From positions 184,064-248,063 of the forward strand of contig VRVR01000046.1 of assembly GCA_009859145.1 (NCBI GenBank): DNA of 64,000 nucleotides. The letters run 5' to 3'. Both the position numbers and the translations under genes were made by a program. The notes under the pieces were generated by a model, which made no database searches, was not told the origin of the DNA, and saw only the letters and a list, made by a program, of their open reading frames with translations. Below are positions 30,010-38,872 of the stretch, piece by piece (the first letter of the stretch is position 1; each line of letters begins with the position of its first letter). Source of the stretch: Andalucia godoyi And28. Its lineage: Eukaryota; Protista; Jakobida.

Positions 30010-31764
30010 TTATGCCTCGAGCATGGCAAGGATCGAGACGGGATCGAACGGAAGCCTGTCCAGCTCACCGCCACTCCTGCCCAACGTCGGCGCCATTGTC
30101 GTCCAGTACTTGCAAAGCATTTCGTGAATTTCGAGCCTTCTGTCTGGAATTTCGAACAACACACAGCGGTTTGTGATTCGGTCCGTGCACCGACCGGAAT
30201 CTCGGAGAGGGCTGTGTGATGGATGGTGCGAAGGGTCCTCGAAATGCAGAGTCTGCATGATTCCGCTGTCGAGGGGCCAGTCTTCAGCCATTGTGCTCGC
30301 AGCCCGGACTGACGACGGCAACTCTGGCACCGGTTCCGCATGCAGTTCGGGGCTGATTTGGACTGGAGCAGGAGCAGTCGAACCTTGCGTGTTCTGCAGT
30401 GGAACGGCTGGTGACGAGTCCTCCCCGTGATCTGTCAGGGGAGATCCGTCTTCTGCCTTGCCCTTGCCCTTGCCCTTGCCCTTGCCTGCATCTTCCAGTT
30501 TGCTACATGTTCTTTCGGGGGTGCAGAGCTGCTCTTGAGTATTTGTGAAAGAGTCTCCGCCACTCTCATCTCTGGCCCCCCCATTTTGCAGGTCTTCTTC
30601 GAGTGCCAGGTAGTTGCCGCGATCCAGCTCGTCCAGCAAGAGCCGAACGGATTTACGAATAGCGTCGGATTTGGCGACAGAGACGCAGGCGACCGCATCC
30701 TTCGTGCGCTCCACCAAGTCGAGCACCACGGGGAATGTTCGCGGCCTTGTCGTGGCCTGGACGGAAAACGCTTCTGCGGTCTCCTCCGCAGACAAGGTGT
30801 TTGAACTGAGAATGTGGACGTCGTCTTCGCGAGAAAGAAACCATCTCAGAAACTGTGTCAGCATCAGGGACAGGTCCCCTTTGATGCCGTCGGAAGCGAA
30901 TACCAAGCAGAAATGCAGAATGATCAGCGACCAGGCATATGGAGTAACGGAGGTTGAGGACGGATCTGCAAGGCCATTGCGTTTGGCCCAGTTCATGAAC
31001 AACACATACAGGGGACGGAACATGAAGTGCGCCATGGATTCGTCAATAATCCGAATTGCGCGAGCTGCACAAATAGTGTTGTTTGCCGTGATGTCTACTT
31101 CGGTGTTGGATGCCGTGTGAAGAAGCGTGATGACGGGGGTCTTTGCCGAGAACAGCGATCTTCGCACCTCAAACTCGGTGGCCTTGCTGTTCTTGACAGC
31201 ACGGCAAACAGCACGAAGGATCTTCTTAATGTTCGGCTCCTCTTTCTGGTTTGTTGCATTCTGTCCCACTGAAACACAAAAATCAACGTCGGATCCACGA
31301 AGCGCAAGGTTGCATGCATGCGAGCCAATGAGCACAAGACTGAACCCGGCAAGCTCTGGCTCCCCTGCTTTTCGTAGCAAGCTGTCCAGACACTGCTGAA
31401 TTGTCGAAGGAACCGTAATGAACGCGGAAGATGGGGCTGCAGTTCGCACAGTGTTCCACAAATGCTTATTCATATCATCATCGGCGATGCTCGCATGCAG
31501 CGCCACGGTTGTCCGTCCGTTTTGGTCGATTAGCACGCGAAACAAGCACGGATACTTACAAAAGAACGCCGCAAGGCCTCCTTGGGACACCCAGAAATCA
31601 TGCACCGTCACTTCCTGAACTTTGCATGTGTTTGCAACCCGCCTTCCCACTTCGTTTGCAAGAGTCGCCAGCAAAACTGCGCTGTGATCTGGTCGTTCGG
31701 CAAGGTAGGTGAATGTCACTTCCACAGCATAATAGCTGATTTGGCACAACAGAAGCGACCTCAT
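30010..31764 (-). CDS. Non-canonical nucleotidyltransferase (Cid1/TUT/GLD-2/Trf-like) with N-terminal winged-helix-like domain
   Basis: LIGSHACNLALRGSDVDFCV (hGS-x10-SDVD); AKTPVITL...EVDITANN (third Asp); FRPLYVLFMNWAKRNGL...TPYAWSLIILHF (PAP-associated region). Confidence 0.85.
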   Translation of the reverse strand: MRSLLLCQISYYAVEVTFTYLAERPDHSAVLLATLANEVGRRVANTCKVQEVTVHDFWVSQGGLAAFFCKYPCLFRVLIDQNGRTTVALHASIADDDMNKHLWNTVRTAAPSSAFITVPSTIQQCLDSLLRKAGEPELAGFSLVLIGSHACNLALRGSDVDFCVSVGQNATNQKEEPNIKKILRAVCRAVKNSKATEFEVRRSLFSAKTPVITLLHTASNTEVDITANNTICAARAIRIIDESMAHFMFRPLYVLFMNWAKRNGLADPSSTSVTPYAWSLIILHFCLVFASDGIKGDLSLMLTQFLRWFLSREDDVHILSSNTLSAEETAEAFSVQATTRPRTFPVVLDLVERTKDAVACVSVAKSDAIRKSVRLLLDELDRGNYLALEEDLQNGGARDESGGDSFTNTQEQLCTPERTCSKLEDAGKGKGKGKGKAEDGSPLTDHGEDSSPAVPLQNTQGSTAPAPVQISPELHAEPVPELPSSVRAASTMAEDWPLDSGIMQTLHFEDPSHHPSHSPLRDSGRCTDRITNRCVLFEIPDRRLEIHEMLCKYWTTMAPTLGRSGGELDRLPFDPVSILAMLEA

Positions 31765-32294
31765 ATTACGTCGCTTTGCTTGATTGTTTTGTGGTGGTGG
31801 AAAAAACAAACAATAAATTGAGAAGCAACCAGTGTGAAAATTGACAATGTTAAATAAAAACAAGAGAGAAGAAGCGATGTTTTTTCTGTTTCGTTTTTTC
31901 CAAAAAATAAATTAATTAATAAATGCAGAGAAAAGAGTCTTTTCGGATTGTGGTTTTCTCTCTCTTATTTTTCGTGTTTCTTTTTCCGTCCCAGCTTTCC
32001 CAATGGAAGAAGAAGACACGAGAAACGGAAAGAGTTGTTTTGCAAAAAATTAAAATCCCACGGTCGTTCCCGCCAAATCACTACAGCCCGCGCTATCCAT
32101 TTTTGGCAATTTTCTCCGATCATCGCGGGTAAGCATTCTGTTAGGGAACAGAAAAATGAGCATCGTTAAATTTCGTCATGCATCATTGTCTCCAGAACGA
32201 CAAATGAATTAATTGTATTTTTGGGCGATCGTCTTTTGCAAAGTTAACGAATATCATCTGCGTTTATTTTTGAATGTGACGACGCATTTGCTGT

Positions 32295-32537
32295 ATGTCT
32301 TGTCACATGGAATCCCCGGCGTACGTGAAGCCACCCCGCTTGCGACGGTGCGACGGTGCGACGGTGGCACACCTGATCAGAAGCGTCCGAACCGTATCTC
32401 ACCACATGTACAACATCGAGGATATCGAAAAGGTCACGACAGAATACCCTTTCAAGACGTACAGACTCTGTGGCATGGTTTCATCCCGTTACTTCGGTGG
32501 AAACAAGATCTTCTTCACATGTCCGTGTTGCGCATAG
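32295..32537 (+). CDS. Possible small orphan protein (80 aa, C-terminal TCPCCA)
   Basis: ATG-to-TAG ORF with protein-like segment MYNIEDIEKVTTEYPFKTYRLCG; no motif recognised. Confidence 0.3.
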   Translation: MSCHMESPAYVKPPRLRRCDGATVAHLIRSVRTVSHHMYNIEDIEKVTTEYPFKTYRLCGMVSSRYFGGNKIFFTCPCCA

Positions 32538-32885
32538 CTATCATCTTACGAACGCCACAGCGTGTTGGGGTCTGTTCCCCCTTCCAAGTACTGCAGCAAC
32601 AGTGATGATACATCGTCAGCGGGGGGTGATGCATGATCACAGTTATATCGTCGACGTACGTAAAAGACGAGAATTGTGTTTTATGGAAAGCGGCCCTGAA
32701 GAGGAAGAATACATGAGTCTGTGACACGCCTCTTCTTGCAGGCTCTTTCGAGTTTGATGGATTCAGGTTCATTTGTCTTTGTTGTGTGTTTTTCTTTTTC
32801 TTCACGTATTTAATAATAACAATACCAATACCAATAACAATAACAATAGTAAATTATTAGTGCTGGGTGTTGGGGTTAGGGGATT

Positions 32886-33590
32886 ATGAGTAGTGCATCG
32901 CCTTCTGTGAAAGAGCCTCCCGTGTCAATCAGCAAGGACGAGTGGTTCCAGGCAATGAGCTCCGTCGACATTGACCACCATCAGATTGACAATCTGATTA
33001 TGAACTATCTTGTGATTGAGGGGTATCAAGAAGCTGCCCAGCTTTTTGAAACCGAGTCTGGAGTATCTGCAGGCATCGATCTGTCGACAATCCAAGAAAG
33101 AATGCAAATCCGATCTGCGGTGGAGCGAGGAGACATTCACGCTGCGATCGACAAGGTTAATGACTTGAATCCAGAGATTCTGGACACAAACCAAACGCTG
33201 TGTTTCCATCTGCAGCAGCAGAAGTTCATCGAGCTTATCCGCCTGAATAAGATTGAAGAGGCACTGGATTTCGCGCAGGATGAAATGGCCCCGAGGGCTG
33301 CAGCGGACCCCAGTCTTGTCGAGGATCTCGAGCGGACCATGACGCTCCTGGCGCTCGGCGGATTGCCTAATGTCCCGGGTGTCTCGGAGTTGTTGGATGT
33401 GTCACAGCGTTACAAGACTGCGTCAGAGCTGAATGCTGCGATCCTGGCGTCGCTGAGCCAGGAAAAGGATCCGAAGCTGCCCACGCTGTTGCGCATGGTC
33501 GCGTGGGTCCAGGAAGAGCTCTCGCAAAGAATGTCCTTTCCAAAAATCAAGGATTTTGAAACGGGAGAGTGGACCGTCGTTGACAAGTAA
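32886..33590 (+). CDS. GID8: CTLH/GID E3 complex subunit GID8 (LisH-CTLH-CRA)
   Basis: IDNLIMNYLVIEGYQEAAQLF (LisH); RMQIRSAVERGDIHAAIDKVNDLNPEILD (CTLH); LERTMTLLA, SQRYKTASELNAAIL, PKLPTLLRMVAWVQEEL. Confidence 0.96.
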   Translation: MSSASPSVKEPPVSISKDEWFQAMSSVDIDHHQIDNLIMNYLVIEGYQEAAQLFETESGVSAGIDLSTIQERMQIRSAVERGDIHAAIDKVNDLNPEILDTNQTLCFHLQQQKFIELIRLNKIEEALDFAQDEMAPRAAADPSLVEDLERTMTLLALGGLPNVPGVSELLDVSQRYKTASELNAAILASLSQEKDPKLPTLLRMVAWVQEELSQRMSFPKIKDFETGEWTVVDK

Positions 33591-33715
33591 ATCATGCGCA
33601 GCAACAATATCATTTAAGGAAAAGATCAGGGGAGGGGGGCGGGGGCGGGGGCGGGGGTGGGGTCTGACGGGTTTTTGGAAAGGCGTTGTCATTGCGTAAA
33701 ACAGAAGATTTACTT

Positions 33716-35245
33716 TTAAAAAAAGGTGGCGTCTGCATGGAGGATGCTCACAGCAGCGCGCCTAGAAAACTGAATTCGCAGTTCGCGCAGCCTGGAAAGG
33801 TCTGTTTTCGGAAGAGAGTTTCTGACCGAGTCAATGAGCCCCAAGCAGATGGACAGCTGAACGGGATCGAGAGCGAACTCGGAAGGCGATAGTGTCTGGA
33901 GATGCTCGATAAGCGCCAAGCGGAACTGGTGGGAGAGCCGTGAAGCATGCTGCAGCATGACAGTCAGCTCTGCCGACGACAGAGAGTGGCGGAGGGTTGG
34001 TGAAAATAGCTTTTGGAGCGAAGCCAGCCAGCCTTGTTGGGCCGTCGGATGGACCTTGAGCGCCTCGGCAAGCGTGAGCGTCTCCTCCAGCTCGCGTTCG
34101 TCAAAGGCATAAGTCCCGACAACCTTTGACCATTGACCGGTCTTGACGTACTCGGCTCTCCAAGGAGACTTTGTCAGCCAGGATTCAAACGTCATGATGC
34201 GATTCTTCGACACCCACTTTGCCCATTCATTCCATTCTCCTTCCGAGTCCACGTGCAGTTCGTCGAGGAGCTTCGTGGTCAAATCACGAGAGATTCGAAG
34301 GGAATACTCGAGTGCAACGAGTGGCAAACTGGGAAATATCTCCATAATGTAGTCCTCCATGTACTGCTTCATCACGTCTTCATCGACGAGCTTTTTGACA
34401 AAGAACAAATGTGCCAAGTGCGCAGCAAACCAAATTTGAGGAGGCTCAAAGGAATCTCTGACTTTCAGCAAGATGTCCACCGGTCGGTTCTCCATGATTA
34501 GTGCAATCAGTTCTGCAAACCAGATTCCCATCTCATCTTCTTGTTTGTCTTTTGAGCTGTGGTAATCTCTGAATGCATTCTGCAGCTGCATGATGGCGTC
34601 CTCTCGTTTCAGAACTGGAAACCGAAAGAGCAGTCGTGCCGCGAACAACTCCAAAGCACCTGGAGCGTGTTCAATCATGGCGTGATCCTCTCCAGAGAGA
34701 ATTTGCCAAATCTGAAGAGTATACTCATCATCCGAAAGCGGAATTCGGCGCAGCGATGCTTGCCAGGACCGAAACACTGCCAGATAGTCCTGCGCATGAT
34801 GCGGATTCTGGTGCTGCTGCGAGGCCTGAAGCACAGGAAACATCGAAATTGCACACGCAAATTCAGGGTTTTGGTCTTCAACGTAAAGGAGAGGGATGTC
34901 AAAAGACCCAACCATCGCCCTTTGCACAGCCAGTTTTCCAATTTCTGCCCTACTCAACTTGTCCAGCGACACCGGATCGACACACAGCGACGACTTGACA
35001 AACGGCAGAAACAGCTCTTGAAAACACATGCTTGCTCGCTGCGGCACAAGAAGAAACGAATGCACAAGCTGCAGTGCGCCGAGCAGCCAAAAGGACTCGA
35101 GCGACTTGCGACTTCCCAGTGCCAATGCATACACCGAGACCGTTTCCTCGAGACTGCGCGCATCCGGCCGATCCCCAAAGTTTAGAAACTGCTCACACGA
35201 ACTCAGTTCACACTCTAAACCGTCCGCCGCCTCCTCGACTTGCAT
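33716..35245 (-). CDS. NUP85: Nucleoporin Nup85-like
   Basis: YLAVFRSWQ, LQIWQILSGE, ELFAARLLFRFP, WFAAHLAHLF, LPLVALEY: motif order matches the Nup85 alpha-solenoid. Confidence 0.7.
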   Translation of the reverse strand: MQVEEAADGLECELSSCEQFLNFGDRPDARSLEETVSVYALALGSRKSLESFWLLGALQLVHSFLLVPQRASMCFQELFLPFVKSSLCVDPVSLDKLSRAEIGKLAVQRAMVGSFDIPLLYVEDQNPEFACAISMFPVLQASQQHQNPHHAQDYLAVFRSWQASLRRIPLSDDEYTLQIWQILSGEDHAMIEHAPGALELFAARLLFRFPVLKREDAIMQLQNAFRDYHSSKDKQEDEMGIWFAELIALIMENRPVDILLKVRDSFEPPQIWFAAHLAHLFFVKKLVDEDVMKQYMEDYIMEIFPSLPLVALEYSLRISRDLTTKLLDELHVDSEGEWNEWAKWVSKNRIMTFESWLTKSPWRAEYVKTGQWSKVVGTYAFDERELEETLTLAEALKVHPTAQQGWLASLQKLFSPTLRHSLSSAELTVMLQHASRLSHQFRLALIEHLQTLSPSEFALDPVQLSICLGLIDSVRNSLPKTDLSRLRELRIQFSRRAAVSILHADATFF

Positions 35246-35516
35246 CTTCTCTCTCTCTCTCTCTGTCTCTCTCTCTCTCTATGTGTGCCTCTGTCTGTTT
35301 CCTTTGCTTTCGCAAAAACCAAAATTCTGAAAAGGTAGAGTTTTACTGAATGAGGAAACTTGAGTCCTTGTTCAGAACTGCTTGAAGCACGATTTGAGTG
35401 CTTTTTCCCTTTCCTTTTTCTTTCCCATTGTCTTCCTTTTCTTGTTTTATAAAATTAAAAATTTAAATATCCCGAGGAGAGGAGCGTACCGGGTAAGAAA
35501 AGAGGAAGTGCGAAGG

Positions 35517-36443
35517 ATGTTATCTGGTTCTCGGCTGCGATTGCTCGTTCTTCCTGCGTGTGTTTCCGGCGGATTGCTGTCGATTCATGCAGAGTCAAAA
35601 CCGAATAAACCAAAGTATCACATTCCGTCATTCAGCCACTCGCTGTATTTTGTGTCGAAGCACCAGTCGCGACGGGAAATGCAGTCGTTGATCATGCTGG
35701 ACGACGCGGCTCGGAAGTCCACGGTTGTTGCAACAAGCAAGTCTGGACAATCGGAAGGCGTCTTCCTGTCCGATTTAAGCGATTCCATGTTCGACGACCT
35801 GATTGCCAATGTTGCGGCCATAGCGTTGAGGTCCGAAGGCCCAGTATCACTGATTGAGCATCATGGATCTTCGCGAGCCCTCGATACTTCGTTCTATGCA
35901 TTTCTGCAGTTTTCGAACCCGTCCGACTTTGTTAGGCAGGTCGATCCGTGGTTCGAGCCTTCGGTGCAGGCGGCGCTGCTTCGCCGAGAACGACGGTCCG
36001 TCCGGTTGGGTCTGCACATGAGAAGCGGGTGCGCAGCGGCACTGGATGTGCTTGCAGAATCGTTGATGTCCAAATTCAAAACATTTCCAGAAGACTTGCC
36101 TTCCGTGAAGAACCAGTTGAAAAGCACAGTTGTCTATCATGAAACGTGTGCCACGCTCGCTTTCGAGCTTTCCACGAGCAGTGGATCTGCTTCGTACAAG
36201 GATGCTGCGTCGTCTCTGTGGTCGGAAATGGATTTGTTTGCAAAGGATGCAGGACTGGTGAACTACCACAAGATTTTGCAATTTTCGGCGGATGGAAAGG
36301 TCTGCGGCGTCTTGCAATTGTGGCCTCCAGACATGGCTGCTCTTATGCTCCGAACGCGATCACTGCAGGAAACGGTGAAGTGGGTTGGTGCATACTGTGC
36401 CGACTCCACTTGCGAGAAACCACATTGCCTTGTGTTTACTTAA
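35517..36443 (+). CDS. Hypothetical protein (308 aa), possible mitochondrial presequence
   Basis: Clean ORF; Arg/Leu/Ser-rich N-terminus MLSGSRLRLLVL; no motif recognised. Confidence 0.7.
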   Translation: MLSGSRLRLLVLPACVSGGLLSIHAESKPNKPKYHIPSFSHSLYFVSKHQSRREMQSLIMLDDAARKSTVVATSKSGQSEGVFLSDLSDSMFDDLIANVAAIALRSEGPVSLIEHHGSSRALDTSFYAFLQFSNPSDFVRQVDPWFEPSVQAALLRRERRSVRLGLHMRSGCAAALDVLAESLMSKFKTFPEDLPSVKNQLKSTVVYHETCATLAFELSTSSGSASYKDAASSLWSEMDLFAKDAGLVNYHKILQFSADGKVCGVLQLWPPDMAALMLRTRSLQETVKWVGAYCADSTCEKPHCLVFT

Positions 36444-36715
36444 ATTTGAACGGGGAACGAGGGGGAAGGAAAAGAGGATATGGGGTGGAAAAAGAAAGCA
36501 AAAAAACCAACAACAACAACAACAACAACAAAAAAAAACAAAAAAAAAAACAAAGCATCGCTGGAGAAGTGCTTGTTTGTGCCAATATGTTTTGCGCAGG
36601 TTGTGGGAAGGACGAAAACAAAATGAAAAAATGCGCCACTCATGCACCGAAAACACAGCGTGCCCGTCTGTCAATGACTATCTGTTCCGCTGCTGTGCGG
36701 ACTCAAAGACCATGG

Positions 36716-38359
36716 TTACTTCTTTGTCTTTGAAGAGGATGAAGACCCCCCAATGCTCAGTACCTCTTCATACAGTTTCTTGAGCCGCTGCCTCCTTCCT
36801 TCCTTTTCTTCCGTCGATGCAGAAGCGGATGACTTCTTTTTCGGACTCAGCTTGCTTCCCATAATATCATGAACGGCTCCACGTAGCTGGTCATCCCCAA
36901 CTGTCTTTTTTGACGACGTTTTCTTCTTGCGAATGGACTCATCTCTCTCGAGGTCCTCTTCTGTGGTTTTCACAATGCGCGATGTTTTGATCGCCGACGA
37001 TGTTGCCTTTGCTGGGGAGTGTTCCATTGTGTGGACCAGTGCCCGCAAATCAGACAGCGAACCCTCGAGAGTCGCAATTTTTGCGTCTGCGGATCGCGTA
37101 TCAATTCCGGGAGGCTGGTGCTGATGCAAACGCACAGACGACAATGGTGTAGTGCTGCTCGCACCCATCATGGGAGAAAAATGAGATGTATGCGAGGCAG
37201 GAGTGAACTGCTGCCGCAGGTCGTCGCTCAGCATTCCTTCCCACGCACGTGCTTCCTTTTCCTTGAGCGACACCTTTTCCTTCAATCTATCATTGTCCAT
37301 TTGGACCCTGGAGAAGGACGACGTCACTTCTGCCATGGAGCGTGTGCATTCATCAAGCTGACCGCGGAACTGTGCAATGCGATTCGCGGTGTCCTCGTCG
37401 AGTTGCTCCAGAGTGCGCTCGACTGCGCTGATCTTCTTGTGGGCCTCTTTCCATCGCATTTCGCTCTTTGCATCGATCGCCTGCGGAAGATCCATTAGTG
37501 TGTCTGATATTTTCTTGACAGTATCCACCAGCTCTCGGCGACGGTCTCGTTCTTCCAACAGGGCGTCTGTGAGCGATTGCAAGTCGGCCCGGAATGCTGA
37601 TTCTGCATCGGATCTCTTTTGCTCTACGACTTTGACTTGGTCTTCCATTTCCTGCACTTCTTCGTGGATCTGCTCCCGGACATCGTCTCCATGCCGAATG
37701 ACCGCTTGCGCCAATGATGCCAGCTTGTACTTGAGGTCGTCCACGACCTTGTATTCCTCTTCCTTGAAAAGCTGGAATTCTCTCGATACCTCCGCAACGT
37801 TCTTGTGAAGCGATCCCAGATCTTTCTTCACCTCGCGCTCGAGGAGATTCAGCCTAGAGTCCATCTGCGATTTGTACGCAGACAGCTCATTCTCCACTGC
37901 GGATTGCCGAGTTCGAAGTTCCTCAATCTCACATCGAAGCCGCTTCGAATCCTCGTCCACTCGTGTTATTTTTGTACTGGTGTCTTGTGCATGCCCATCC
38001 AGCAACGACCGAAATCGCGATTCCGAAGACGCAATCTTCACAGACACCGACTCGGGATCCACTGTGCGCGCAACCGTTTCCCTGACAGATGCCAAGTCAC
38101 TTTTGATTTCCGAATGCACAGAGTCCGTCATTCCTTGGCTCATTTTAACAAGCTTCGCCAAGCCCGAGACCTTTTCATCGATCGATCCAAGGCGCTCATC
38201 ATAGTCTCGAACAGACGACAGTGCCTTCGTTACGCGCTCCATCTGAACCTCAAGATACGCAATGTATGCATTCTTGTCCGTCATTAGTCGTTTCGGATCC
38301 GCCCTCGCCACTTGCTTTTTTGTGAATTCGTCATAGTACGACGAATGCGGAGAACTCAT
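36716..38359 (-). CDS. Long coiled-coil protein (547 aa)
   Basis: Heptad-rich E/K/L/R body; N-terminal RLMTDKNAYIAYLEVQMERVT; terminal RRQRLKKLYEEV helix. Confidence 0.82.
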   Translation of the reverse strand: MSSPHSSYYDEFTKKQVARADPKRLMTDKNAYIAYLEVQMERVTKALSSVRDYDERLGSIDEKVSGLAKLVKMSQGMTDSVHSEIKSDLASVRETVARTVDPESVSVKIASSESRFRSLLDGHAQDTSTKITRVDEDSKRLRCEIEELRTRQSAVENELSAYKSQMDSRLNLLEREVKKDLGSLHKNVAEVSREFQLFKEEEYKVVDDLKYKLASLAQAVIRHGDDVREQIHEEVQEMEDQVKVVEQKRSDAESAFRADLQSLTDALLEERDRRRELVDTVKKISDTLMDLPQAIDAKSEMRWKEAHKKISAVERTLEQLDEDTANRIAQFRGQLDECTRSMAEVTSSFSRVQMDNDRLKEKVSLKEKEARAWEGMLSDDLRQQFTPASHTSHFSPMMGASSTTPLSSVRLHQHQPPGIDTRSADAKIATLEGSLSDLRALVHTMEHSPAKATSSAIKTSRIVKTTEEDLERDESIRKKKTSSKKTVGDDQLRGAVHDIMGSKLSPKKKSSASASTEEKEGRRQRLKKLYEEVLSIGGSSSSSKTKK

Positions 38360-38872
38360 CCCTGCAATGCTCCGAAAATCAACTAGTGATTCTGATGGTC
38401 GTGATCGCAACAATAATGACGATGGCGATAAAAACGAATGAACTGTTGGGGTTCCTCTGAATTTTTCCGAATTTTTCTGAATATCTTCTTCTACGCTCTG
38501 CTTGGCATTTTTTCAGTGCTTGCAGGCATTTCCCAAAAGACGACTCCTCCCTTCGTACGAAAAACACGGAAACGGCTCTTTCCAAAACCCGCCGAGGGGG
38601 GTCCAGCCACATCTACAGCCGTTTTCTGCTTTATTATTTTCTGTCATGACTTGATACCAACTATCCGGCTTGAGACTTCATCCGATTTCCCAAAGGACTT
38701 GAACGAGTGGTTCAAGTCAAAAGGGGGCGTCGTCGGTGCGATTGTTCTCGATTTTTTGCAGTGTTGCTGCTATTAACATTGTTGGTGGTTTTTTTTCTCT
38801 CTTTCTTTTTTTTTCGAGACAAGAAGACTTTGGAAAACCAACGAGGTACGTTTCTAGGGAGAGAGAGTTGCA

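Noticed and set aside
29769-30010. GC-rich coding-like sequence past the NTase stop suggesting a second frameshift
   Set aside because: No recognisable motif in any frame to anchor a continuation; it can be explained as the TALE-B upstream region.
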